Assembly: GCF_001194135.2 (NCBI RefSeq)
Contig: NC_068997.1
Coordinates: forward strand, 41,957,126 to 42,018,901
Length of the DNA stretch: 61,776 bases
Origin: Octopus bimaculoides
Taxonomy: Eukaryota
Reading direction: 5' to 3'
The stretch's first letter is position 1. Each line of letters starts with the position of its first letter. The notes below the pieces were generated by a model. It was not told the origin of the DNA. It did no database searches and saw only the letters and a program-made list of their open reading frames with translations. The translations under genes were made by a program, and so were the position numbers. Below are positions 12,577 through 23,850 of the stretch, piece after piece.

Positions 12577-14177
12577 TGTAATGTTTATTTTATTATCTGA
12601 TTTGTACAGCCATGACCTTAATTTCTCTCTTCTCAGTGTACACACACACACACAAATATCAGATTGATATCAAAAGCCGCGTGCCACAGTATTTGATTTT
12701 ACGTCGCCACCAGCACCACAAAGCTAACAATAACGCCATATATGCATAAGCGCGCGTGCACACGCAAACACACACACATATATTTACACACGCACACATA
12801 CATATATTACACACGTATACAAGCTCGTATACGCACACATACACAAATACCTATATATACACACACAAACATGCATACACGTAAACAAACAGCTTGCACG
12901 CTTAAAGAATATGAATTTATGTTCACTTAACAAAATTGGTTTCAAATGGTGAATAATTATTATTATCTCTATTTCTGTGTAAATTGTGTTTTGAGGGAAA
13001 CATAACAAGACGTGAGTGAAAAAGTAGTTTATTTGTTGTTCTTATTGAGTATTACTGAATTGTTTATTCTACATTCGCTTACGTGTGTATATGTCATTGT
13101 TAAAGTGATATATATGTGCATATAGAATGTTAGTAAAAATGCTAATTGGAATACATTCATTAAGTATAATAATAGAAACTATGATAATCAACTAGTTATT
13201 GAAATCCTCCAAGCCGGTTGAAGCGATTTTTATTTATTTATTGCTATATTCTTCATTGACGTTTGATCTCACCCTGAACTGTTTATCTACTAGTCTTTGT
13301 CATGACGGTTAGTCAAGCTTGCACCTTGGCACAGAATGTTTATTGTATTCTACCAGCACTGGTTACAATGCAAAGTAATTTGTTTATAAACAGTCAATCA
13401 AAACAGCTTACAAGTAAGAGATATTAATGTAATTAGTTAATCACGCATCTTCGCCCAGACACCGACCGTTAAGAATTGTTACTTCGCAGTTGGTCGTAAA
13501 AACAAAACAAAAAGCAAGATGTTTGTTATGACATATAAACTTGCTCGCTTTAATTTTGGCCTCCAGTGCAACCAACAATTTCCTTGGGCTTCAATTGATA
13601 TATATTTATACAGGTTACCATCTCGACTGTAGACATTCACGAGTGAACACTGTAGTAATTGCTGGTTCAGCTTCGTACAAACTGTTCCAGTAAATAATAA
13701 ACATTTATAGCCGACTTCCGATCTAATTATATTGTTTATTAACGTCTAGGTGTTGGAGTTAGCTCAAACGGCAAGGGCTTGGGGGCCAGATGTTTTTCGA
13801 TATATTACTTGGTGTCTCAGGCTTCCAAGTTCAACTCACGCTCTCCTATTATAATTCCGTTCGTAGCTAGGATGTGTCATAGGAATTTTAAAGCGACTCA
13901 GTATTTGACTCGCACTTTATTTCATCAACTCCGAAATGATGTTAATGGGATTTGAACTCAGAATGTAAAAGGGGTGTTACAAAATAAAAGCAGGTATTTT
14001 GAGGGCGATCTACCAATCTAATAATATTTATATGTTGGTATCAGCTCTTTGCAAGATGAATTTTAAAAAAGTACAAGTATATTCTGTCTTCTCACTTGAC
14101 AACTCTAGAAAGAAAGACTCGTTTACTCTCATCGGGCTTCTTTTTCGTATTTTTTTTTTGTATGTCCCCCACCCAAT

Positions 14178-15395
14178 CAGGCGTGGCCGTATGATAAGAA
14201 GCTTGCTTCCCAACCACATGGTTCTGGATTTAGTCCTACTGCACAGGCACACTTGGACAAGTGTCTTCTTCAGCATTGGGCCAACCTGTAGCATAGACTC
14301 AGGTGAAATTCCTCTCTCCCTGTATTATATATACGTGCATTCGAACGTAGCAGGGAACAGCTAGCCTTTGGCTGCTATTTGGATCCCATTGTGTCCACTA
14401 CTATGATTGGTTGGTATTGGCACAATTTGTCTTTTACTCTGATGTTCTAACTTGCCATGTATAACCAGTCGGAGTTCCTAAATAAGATCACGTAGGACAG
14501 TCTGTTTACAACCCTGCTTTTGAGTTTACAGCTCCTTATAAAAACTCAGCTTTTCCTCTTCCCAGCGTCTTTGGTACCAGACCTTCTAAGGTCTAACCAC
14601 TGGACCACAAAGACACAGCCAGTTCCAGCAACAACGCCAGTGAACACTACCGCCACAACAGCTACGTTGAGACTAATCAACTTCGTCCCACAGTATTACG
14701 ACAACCTCCGTCTCCATTGCCACCATCATGTCCCTCTTAACGTTGTCAACATCATCTCTCTTTGTACACAGCTCAGCAAGCAACTCACCCAAGTTCCAAC
14801 ACTTCACTATTCGTGAATTATTTCACCATCGATCAAAAGCGAATATACAACTTGTATGAACGCCTGTACAAGCGACTCAGGCAGCAACATCACAGCCACG
14901 ACTTCATGTATGACATGTACCTGTAACTGGCTCAGCATCATGGCCACAACTTCTTGATACAGTATTTCCGCTACTGTGTATGACTAACTACGAACCGGTA
15001 TTCATCATCTTTCTTGTGTCTATGAACTTACTTCGATGGCTACAGACTCTTTCACTGTCTCCTTTTTCATTGCCATCTAACACACGTATACATCTATGCT
15101 TACGCACAAACATACATTTTGTTCTCACGACAGCCTGTTTATTATTCTGTATACATGACGCACACACAGACACACATTAACATATCAATAAATGTTCTCG
15201 TAATCACTCTACGCAATTGTGTCTCCTTTTCCATCCGGCAAGTAAATGGTTCTATCAATTGTTTCTTTTACTGTAATGGCTGTGTGATGTGGTACTAAAG
15301 AGCCATTCTCTTCACCTCACATCACATGGCCCCCTTACAGACCAAAGCCTTGTGAGTTAATTTGGTAGACAGAAACTGAAAGAAGCCTGTTGTGT
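14178..15395 (+). mobile_element. SINE family A 5' half split by a solo LTR (14178-14286 and 15340-15395)
   Basis: The consensus CGGGCCGACCAAAGCC is split into GGGCCAACC | LTR | GACCAAAGCC. Confidence 0.85.
14287..15339 (+). mobile_element. Solo LTR (~1053 bp), probably Gypsy-type
   Basis: TG...CA termini (TGTAGC...CTTACA), 4-bp TSD AACC/GACC, CCAAT-, TATA- and AATAAA-like motifs; homologous to 32035-32920. Confidence 0.85.
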
Positions 15396-15499
15396 GCGTG
15401 TGAGGCCTGGAACATCTATTCTAGACTAGAGCAACATTGCAATGTTCACAGCTTGAAATGAATCCTAGACACCGTCACAACTTGAAATGAATCCAAGAC

Positions 15500-15870
15500 A
15501 TCTAGTAGACTGACCAAGTCTCTGACAATGTAACCCTGGCTTGTGTATAGAAACCCAGCCTCTTCAACCTAATGCACTTCTGTTGGCTTGGTCACACACT
15601 GCATATTAGATGGGGGGGGATCCTGAAAGACCTGTTGTTGTACAAGGAACAAGCATCTGAGAAGAACTCATGAACAATGCTGTCTTTGCTTCAAAGACAT
15701 CTCCAAGAGAGTCTCTTTAAGATAAATGTTGAAAGATGTGAGGAGATTGCTGGAGATGGGAACTAGACAAGGGTTTTAAAAACTGAGAGGAGAGGCTGAG
15801 CTTTACAGATGAAGAACACAAAATCAACAGGCAGCAGCACCAGGACAAGACTGGCAGACAATGGCTTCAA
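15500..15870 (+). mobile_element. RTE/BovB-like LINE 3' fragment (degenerate)
   Basis: Frameshifted WLGH...DG..LKDLL...CFKDISKR resembles the RTE C-terminal RWLGHV.RM.DGRIPKDLL..RFKD..KRD motif. Confidence 0.55.
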
Positions 15871-16272
15871 ATGAAATTGCTGTAACTAGGACTGTCATTT
15901 ACATGTAGGTCTCTACAGTTACAGCAGATGCTGCTCTGTTTACAAGACTGAAGTGAGACTTTTCAGGCACAGAGTTTTGAAAGACAATCAGTTGCTTCCA
16001 TGGATATATTGAGTGTATATATATTTTTGAGATGGGACAGAGGGAAAACTTGCTCAACAAGATTTTTGTGTACAATAACTATTAGAGATAACATTAGCTG
16101 AACTACAAATCAAGGAGTCAATAGTTCTTTGGCTTGCACCACCTAACTGTTAATAGGTACCATGAGAAAGTATTGCTTACCATGTTATGCAACAGGAACG
16201 CTATAAACATTGACATGTGTTTTAACTTGTTGTGCTGAGTTCAAAATCTTCTGTGAATGGATGACGTTTAGA

Positions 16273-16498
16273 TTAACCCTCTGGCATTCTGATTTATTCT
16301 GTCAAATGTAATGCTTATTTATTCACATTGTTTTAAATTAATCATGCATTATCTTTTAGCTTTGAGTATTTGATAATGTGATTGTTTATTTTTAGAATGT
16401 TGTTGAGTAGGTATGAGAGACCAGGACTGGTCAGTTTGAGCATAAGACAGATAAACTATTTGGGCCAGATATGGTTGGTTTCAATTCTAAAGGGTTAA
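16273..16498 (-). mobile_element. TTAA-flanked MITE, second copy
   Basis: TTAACCCTCTGGCATT ... ATTCTAAAGGGTTAA; inverted homologue of 6436-6649. Confidence 0.75.
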
Positions 16499-16699
16499 AG
16501 GCATGGCTGTGTATTTAAGAAGTTCACTTTGCAGCTGTAGGTTTCAGGTTCATTGCTAGTTGGCTGCAATTTGGACAAGTGTCTGTTACCTTTAATTTTG
16601 AGTTGACCAAAGTCTTGTGAGTGAAATTTGGTAAATGAAAACCCATCAGATGTGTGTGTGTGTGTGTGCATTTGTGTATAAGTACACACACACACTGGT

Positions 16700-17403
16700 T
16701 TGCTTGCTCGTCACCGCTCAACTCATGGACACAAGCAATGATTTCTTTACCGAATCATTACTGGCGACGAAAAATGGTGCCTGTACATCAATATGAAGCA
16801 GCGTAAGGAATGGCTTAGTCCCAGTAAACAAGTGACACCACACGTGAAACAAGATCTTCATCCACATAAAGCAATGTTGTGCATATGGTGGGACTGGGAA
16901 GGGATTATCCATTACAAATTGCTTGAATGGAACCAAACGGTCAGCACAGAACTCTATGTTCAACAGATGGAACAACTCAACACGGCTATTCAAGAGAAAA
17001 GACCTAATCGGCAGCATGGAGTTCTTCTGCTGTACAACAACGCCCGCCCTCATATTGCCAATATGACCAAGGAAGCCATTCAAATGCATGGCTGAGAAAT
17101 GCTGCCACACCCGCCGTACTCTCCTGATTTGGCACCAATGGATTTCCACCTCTTTTGATCTCTTTCAAATGCTATGCGCAGAGTTTCGTTCAATACTGAT
17201 ACAGAATTGAGAGCTTAGTTGGATCAATTTTTCAAGTTGAAATCGGGTGATTTCTACTAATGAGGTATTGAAGATCTTGTTGAACATTGGGAAGAAGTTG
17301 TAAACAACAAGAGTGAATATATTATTGATCAGTTGTTATTTTTTATTAAACCTTTTAAAAAATTAAAATTTAAAAAACCACGGGAACTTAGTTGCCAACC
17401 CAA
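16700..17403 (+). mobile_element. Mariner (DD34D) 3' half, pseudogenised
   Basis: LHPHKAMLCIWWDWEGIIHYKLL...LLLYNNARPHIA...LPHPPYSPDLAP.DFHLF; ends GGAACTTAGTTGCCAACCCAA followed by TA. Confidence 0.92.
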
Positions 17404-17464
17404 TACCTTATCATTGACTGGAGAAAGTTTGAGGCTATTTTGCATCTGTATTTCTTTTGGTGCA

Positions 17465-17890
17465 ACTGTCGTGGGTTCAGTCCCACTGCGTGGAACATTT
17501 GGCAAGTGTTTTGTACTATAGCTCTGGGTTGACCGAACCCTTGCAAATGGATTTGGCAGACAGAAACTGGAAGAAGCCTGTTGTATGTATATGTGTGTGT
17601 GTGTGTGTGTGGGGGGGGGGGTTATGCTTATGTGTTTCTGTGTACCATTATCTTGACATCATGTGATGGTTGTAAACAAGTGTCACTGTCATACGAGTGA
17701 TGTTCGTTTCCAGTCTTTTATGAAAAACATGCCTGGCCATGAGAAAATATCTGCTGTGCTTGGAAACAGGTGAGGATTGATAAGAGAAAGGGCATCTGTT
17801 TGTAGAAAATCCAACTCAAAAAATTCCATCGGATTCATGCAAGCATGGAAAAAAGGATATTAAATGATAAAAATAATCATGATGATGATG
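17465..17890 (+). mobile_element. Family A-like SINE head and body joined to an RTE-like tail
   Basis: GGGTTCAGTCCCACTGCGTGG..., (GT)n linker, ...GCATGGAAAAAAGGATATTAAATGAT and (ATG)n end. Confidence 0.65.
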
Positions 17891-18014
17891 TCAATGATGA
17901 AAATGTATTTGGTTGTATGCCATTAAACTATCTTTGTAGTCAAAAGTTCATTAACCCTTTCATGAGCCTATCTTAATTCATATAGTGTTATTGCATATAT
18001 ATATATATATATAT

Positions 18015-18338
18015 ATGCTGAGATCCCCTTCGGTCATGACTGACCATGGGATTGCATCTAGAAAGTTACCCTCCGAGGCACAAGTCCGGGCAGGTTGTTT
18101 ATGGAAGACCAGCATACCAGTCTCTCCTCTCCATGCCACCAGTGTTATCCAAGGGAAAGGCAAAGGCCGATACAGCTTGGTACCTGTGACGTCGCAACTC
18201 ATTTCTACAGCTGAGTGAACTGGAGCATCGTGAAGTAAAGTGTCTTGCTCAAGAACACAACACGCAGCCCGGTCCGAGATTCTAACTCACAACCTCGCGA
18301 TCGTAAGTTCGACACTCTAACCACTGAGCCATGCACCT

Positions 18339-18340
<2 letters not shown>
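18015..18340 (-). mobile_element. Full-length tRNA-headed CORE-like SINE
   Basis: Reverse complement GGTGCATGGCTCAGTGGTTAGAGTGTCG...GAGTTAGAATC (A/B boxes), then GTTCTTGAGCAAGACACTTTACTTCAC..GCTCCAGTTCACTCAGCTG core-like block; flanked by (TA)n on both sides. Confidence 0.8.
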
Positions 18341-18417
<77 letters not shown>

Positions 18418-18527
18418 ATATATATATGTATGCTCCAAGTTGTAGGCCAAAGTTTTCCTTTCAGTAGCCTAAATTTTGCATAGGAGCACATGACATCAAA
18501 GAGAGATCCTAGGCTCTGTGAGTAAAG

Positions 18528-18790
18528 GCAAGCAGCTTAGTGGTTAGGTTATTCAGCTCATGATTGTAAGGTCAGGAGTGTGATTCCTGGCAGCACATTC
18601 TGTCCTTCAGCAAGATACTTCATTTCACATTGCTCTAGTCTATTCAGCTGGAAAAATTAGTTATACCTGTAATTCCAAAGGGCCAGCCTTGTCACATTCT
18701 GTGTCATGTTGAATCTCCCTGAGAACTACATTAAGGGTATGCATATCTCTGCAGTGCTCAGTCACTTGCACATTAATTACACCAACCCCA
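18528..18790 (+). mobile_element. tRNA-headed CORE-like SINE (degenerate)
   Basis: GCAGCTTAGTGGTTAGG head, TCCTTCAGCAAGATACTT..CACATTGCTCTAGTCTATTCAGCTG core; tail shared with 1173-1441. Confidence 0.7.
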
Positions 18791-18935
18791 GAGCTCAACT
18801 GGTACCTAATTCTATTGACCCTGAAAAGATGAAAGACAAAGTCCACCCCAGTAGAATTTGAACTCATAATGCAAAGACAGACAGAATGCCTCTAAACATT
18901 TTGTCTGGCATGTTAATGATTCTGCCACTTTCTGC
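18785..18935 (-). mobile_element. SINE family B (degenerate)
   Basis: GATGAAAGACAAAGTCCACC...AATTTGAACTC is the reverse complement of the family B body. Confidence 0.7.
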
Positions 18936-19129
18936 CCTATCCATTCTCCCTACATCAATCACTATCTATAGAGTTATTTAATCACATCATTCGCTAGTTA
19001 TAAAGATATCTAATCATATCTAATCAAGAAGTCAATTAAGAGTTGGGCTTTACCAGTTTAGGAAGTATATTTAGCTGTGTGCATGTAAGAAGCTTTGAAA
19101 TGTATAAATACATACAGTTCTATTTTTAA

Positions 19130-19390
19130 GAGATGAGGAATTATGAACATTATTTACATTAGACGGATATTTGTTCTCATCTTGTTTGTTGTTAACACAA
19201 CATTTAGGCTGATATACCCTCCAGCCTTCATCCAGTGTCTTGGGGAAATTTCGAACCTGAGTTCTCATTCCTAAGGTATTTTTTGATGTTATTATTGTTG
19301 TTGTTATTATTATTATTATTATCATTATTCAGGTCACTGCCGGGAATAGAACTCGGAATCTTGGGGTTAGTAGCCCGCAATCTTAACCAC
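19130..19390 (-). mobile_element. SINE family H: tRNA head + (AAT)n + hammerhead-like tail
   Basis: Homologous to 26105-26375; hammerhead core mutated (CTGGATGA...TAAATGTT). Confidence 0.85.
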
Positions 19391-19408
19391 TTTCTCTATA
19401 TATCTCCA

Positions 19409-19568
19409 TTGGTTAAGAGTGCATGCTACTAACCCCAAGATTCCGAATTCAATTTCAGGTAGTGACTTGAATAATAATAATAATAATAATAATAACATCG
19501 AAAAATACCTTAGGAATGAGAACCCAGGTTCGAAATTTCCCCAAGACACCTGATGAAGGCTGGAGGGT
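19409..19568 (+). mobile_element. SINE family H, 3'-truncated inside hammerhead stem II
   Basis: TGGTTAAGAGTGCATGCTACTAACCCCAAGATTCCGAATTCAATT..., (AAT)n, ...GACACCTGATGAAGGCTGGAGGGTA. Confidence 0.85.
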
Positions 19569-20112
19569 AGCCCATTTATGTGTACCTTTCCTTCATTGGA
19601 CACTAAACTCTGCTTGCGAAGACCTGTTGAGGCAAGTGAAATTGAAATCGAAATCAAATTCAATGACAGCACTGCATGACTGGCATCAGTGCTAGTGGAG
19701 CGCTAAGAGCACCATCCGAGCGTGATTGTTGCCAGGGTCGCTGACTGGTTCCTGTGCCAGTGGCACGTAAAAAGCACCATTCACGCGTGATCGTTACCAG
19801 AGTCGCCTTACTGGCACGTGAGAAACAATATTCAAGCGAGGTTGTTGCCAGTGCTGCTGGATTGGCTCCTGTGCAGGTCGCACGTAAAAAACATCATTTG
19901 AGCGTGGCCATTGCAAGTACCACCTGACTGGCCCGCATGTCAGTGGCACATAAAAGCATCCACTACACTCTCGGAGTGGTTGGTATTAGGAAGGGCATCC
20001 AGCTGTAGAAACTCTGCTAGATCAGATTGGAGCCTGGGGCAACCATCTGGCTCGCCAGTCCTCAGTCAAATCGTCCAATCCATGCCAGCGTGGAAAGCGG
20101 ACGTTAAACAAT
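19569..20112 (+). mobile_element. Dispersed repeat with internal ~65-bp subrepeats and an RTE-like 3' tail
   Basis: Subunits start near 19708, 19773, 19824, 19890 and 19955; tail CCATGCCAGCGTGGAAAGCGGACGTTAAA is shared with 25830-26085. Confidence 0.7.
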
Positions 20113-20279
20113 GAATAATAATAATAATAATAACATTGAAAAATACCTTAGGAATGAGAACCCAGATTCGAAATTTCCCCAAGACACCTGATGAAGGCTG
20201 GAGGGTATATCAGCCTAAAACATTGTGTTAACAACAAACAAGATGAGGACAAATATCCGTCAAATGTAAATAATGTATA
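20113..20279 (+). mobile_element. SINE family H, headless 3' part with hammerhead motif
   Basis: GACAC-CTGATGA(20188-20194)-A-GGCTG-GAGGGTATAT-CAGCC-TAAAACATT-GTGTT. Confidence 0.85.
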
Positions 20280-20794
20280 AATACATGTTTTAGATAAAGG
20301 TAAATATCAGAAGGCAATGTTTTTGGTTAACAAACATGATTTATTCCTAACTCACACATAAAGCAGCTGGCACAACAGAGATAAGCATACAAGACAACAG
20401 GGTGTAGGAGAATAAATTAATTCTTTAAAACATATCAAAGTTATTAGCTCTGGTACTTGGCTACAAATCTAAAATATCCAATGAGTTTTGAAGTGGTAGT
20501 GAGGCAATGTAGAAATCCCATAGTGTGTCGGACTAGATGAGCCATGAGCACGTTGATAGTTTAGTGTCTACATCTGAATGAGATACAGCAAAGCAGCAAC
20601 AAAACGGAACCAGGTGTTAACGTTCCAACTTCCAGACAGCGACTGAATAAATGCTCTTGAAAAGCGCACATGATTAATTGAGCAGAAGTCATCATGTGTA
20701 TTCCTCTGCTGCTAGTTTTTAAAGAGTGAAGGAACGCAGCACCAGTGGGGTGAAGTAATTCGACTGCCCTGCTATGCTGCAATATCATTTTCAA

Positions 20795-21000
20795 ATTTTG
20801 GCAGAAGGCCAGTAATTTCGAGGGAGGTGGGTAAATCAATTACACCAACCCCAGTGCTCAACTGGTATTTATTTTATGAAACCCGGAAGAATGAAAGGCA
20901 AAGTCAACCTCAGCAGAATTTGAACTAAGAATGTTAAGACAAACAAAATGCTGCTAAATATTTTGCTTGGCATACTACTGATTCTGCCATCTTGTCACCT
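20795..21000 (-). mobile_element. SINE family B (degenerate)
   Basis: GAATGAAAGGCAAAGTCAACCTCAGCAGAATTTGAACT reverse-complement body. Confidence 0.75.
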
Positions 21001-21059
21001 TACCCATTCTCCTTATATCAATCACTACGTATAAATAATAATCACATCACTCACTCTTA

Positions 21060-21271
21060 CTCTTTTATTTGTTTCAGTCATTTGACTGCAGTCATGCTGG
21101 AGCACCATCTTTAGTTGAACATATCGACCCCAGGACTTATACTTTGTAAGCCTTGTACTTATTCTATCCGATTCTTTTGCCGGAAGATGGTGGTGTGCTT
21201 ACAGGGATGTAAACACACCAGCATCGGTTGTCAAGCGATGGTGGGGGAACAAACACAGACACAAAAATGCA

Positions 21272-21315
<44 letters not shown>

Positions 21316-21560
21316 TATANNNNNNNNNNNNNNNNNNNNNNNNNNNNNNNNNNNNNNNNNNNNNNNNNNNNNNNNNNNNNNNNNNNNNNNNNNNNNNNNN
21401 TATATACGATGGGCTTCTTTCAGTTTCCATCTACCAAATCCACTCACAGGGCTTTGGTCGGCCCAAAGCTATAGTAGCGGATACTTGCCCAAGGTGCCAT
21501 GCAGTGGGACTGAACCCGGAACCATGTGGTTGGTAAGCAAGCCACTAACCACACAGCCAC
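21060..21560 (-). mobile_element. SINE family A, full length (gap in linker)
   Basis: Body, CA linker and head GGGACTGAACCCGGAACCATGTGGTTGGTAAGC. Confidence 0.9.
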
Positions 21561-21804
21561 TCCTAATCATAGCAATTACTGTTAACAAAATCATTTTAGA
21601 CCTACTGAATCTGCATGACAAAGATATCTAAATTTGTTAACAATAAATTCATGGTACAAATTCAATCGTAGGTATAACAGTATAGTAATTTGTTATTGTT
21701 TAGTTTCAGGACAGCCAAAGAGAAGAAGACCCGTGATCAAAGGTATTCAGCCATGACCATCCTGTATTCCATTTTTCAGACCAACCCTTTTTTTTTTTCA
21801 GTTA

Positions 21805-21995
21805 TCAACCACATATACTCAATGTATATGTTTCATGTATTTGCTGGTAGGCTACGATTTGGCATGGTGGAAATTACTCTCTCCTCACCTGTCCATGACT
21901 TTCAGATGTTTTAATAGCTGGCGCATTGGCTACCATGCCAAATCGCAGCCTACAGACAAATACATGAAACATTTACATTAAGTATACGTGGTTGA
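21805..21995. mobile_element. Hairpin MITE with ~68-bp arms and TA TSD
   Basis: TA-TCAACCACATATACTCAATGTATATGTTTCATGTATTTG... pairs with ...CAAATACATGAAACATTTACATTAAGTATACGTGGTTGA-TA. Confidence 0.8.
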
Positions 21996-22432
21996 TAATG
22001 TTTATTACATTAGCACTGCTTCTATTTCATATTTGAGTATTTTTTAGTTGTCAAAGACTGTAAAATATTATTTGAGGAAAATTTAACTGTTGTTTCTAGC
22101 ATATCAGGTGATCAAGTTGAAGCTTCCTTGTTGGCTCATAATCAAACCATAGAAGCGCATGTTTTTTTTAGTTTGGTATGTAACTTAATTTATCATTAAT
22201 TAACTGGAAACCAGTGCAAATTCAACATGAAATAACTAGCACTAGGAAACAATACTTATTGCAATTACATATAATATTAGGAAATATTTAAATTTACAAC
22301 TAAACAGCAGCAGCAAGGTCAGTGACAACATGAACAGGAAGTATAATCAGTTTTATGCAATGGTTATTAAAGATAACTATCATATAGAGTTATTTTACTG
22401 TAAATAATTTAATTTCTCAGTTGTGCTTGTTT

Positions 22433-23150
22433 AGGAAGTGATTTGATCTGAGATGATCATGTGTTGGAAATAAAATAATTACCTTGTGGAAGAGAAATTT
22501 TTGTTTCTCTAAAAATACAAAAAAAAAACAACCCCTGTTAAATTCACTTTTCATTCATATCTTGAGTTAAATTTTCGCTGCATTTTCATTGTAACAGAGT
22601 GATTTCATCACATGCATTTCCATTCATTTTGTTTTTGGCATCATAGTGACTTTATCACAGACAAACTTCCACAGTATTTCATTGTCAGTTTTACAAAATG
22701 GTTATGAAAGATTATCCTCATGCAGAGCGAATTGACTGTAAATAGGAAGTAATTTCATCTGAGATGATCATGTGTTGGAAATGAAACAATTACCTTGCAA
22801 GCTGGCAGAAACATTAGCTGGGTAGGGTGCGTAGCGGTATTTCGTCTGCCGTTACATTCTGAGTTCAAATTCTGCTGAGGTCAACTTTGCCTTTCATCCT
22901 TTCAGAGTTGATTAAATAAGTACCAGTTACGCACTGGGGTCGATATTATCAACTTAATCCCTTCATCTGTCCTTGTTTGCCCCCTCTATGTTTAGCCCCC
23001 TGTGAGCAATAAAGAAATAAATTACCTTTTGGGATAGAAATTTTTGGTTCTCTAAAGATACACACAAAAAAACTGTTAAATTCACTTTTCATTCATTTGT
23101 TGAAGATCATTGTGACTTGGTCATTGGCACAGTTCCACAGTATTTCATTG
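22433..23150. repeat. Local tandem duplication (~310-bp unit x2); the second unit carries a SINE insertion
   Basis: AGGAAGT.ATTT.ATCTGAGATGATCATGTGTTGGAAAT at 22434 and 22744; CTGTTAAATTCACTTTTCATTCAT in both units. Confidence 0.85.
22797..23019 (+). mobile_element. SINE family B with 9-bp TSD AATTACCTT
   Basis: TSD at 22788-22796 and 23020-23028. Confidence 0.92.
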
Positions 23151-23279
23151 CACCACTGTGATGTGGTCTTGTCCCTCAGTGAAGAGCAGATTGCATGATG
23201 CTTGTGTTAGAACTGCAATGTTGCATGGGAATGAGACATTGGTCTTGATTATAGAAGACATGTCTTTTATTGTCTATCT

Positions 23280-23670
23280 TTTATTTGTTCCAGTCATTAG
23301 TGTGCGGCCATGCTGAGGCACTGCCTTGATGAATTCTTAGTCAAATGAATTGACCCCAGTAGTTAATTTTTTTTTAAAACCTGGAACTTATTTTATCGGT
23401 CTCTTTTACCAAACAACTAAGTTATGGGGATGTAAACAAACAAGCATTAGTTGTCAAGTAGTGATAGGGGACAAACACAGACACAAACACACACACACAC
23501 ACACACAGGGCAGGCTTCTTTCAGTATCCATCTACCAAATCCACTCAAAAGGTTTTGGTTGGTCTGAGGCTATAGTAGAAAACACTTGCTCAAGGTACCT
23601 CACAATGGGACTGAACCTGGAACTATGTGGTTGGGAAGCAAGCTTCTTACCACACAGCCACATCTGTGCC
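23280..23670 (-). mobile_element. SINE family A
   Basis: Body, linker and head match the other copies. Confidence 0.85.
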
Positions 23671-23684
23671 TTGTGAAGCTTAGA

Positions 23685-23850
23685 AAGAAATGAAGCCAAC
23701 ATGTTCTGATGGATATTTAATGACCATCAGTGTAGAAACGAGCTAAGAAAAACCTTAATATAAGAGGAATCAGGTGTAATGTGCAAAAGTGGAGGTCCAA
23801 ATGCAGCCTCTTATATTATGTGGTCATATTGAACGATGACGGGATCAAAG
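23685..23850 (+). mobile_element. Possible RTE 3' fragment
   Basis: RNEANMF*WI...RNELRKNLNIRGIRCNVQK resembles the RTE ERNEMRMLRWM...ELRE.LGI pattern. Confidence 0.4.

Noticed and set aside
19700-19970. Regularly spaced ~65-bp repeats as a CRISPR array
   Set aside because: Whole units are diverged tandem copies without unique spacers; the context is a eukaryotic retroposon with no cas genes.
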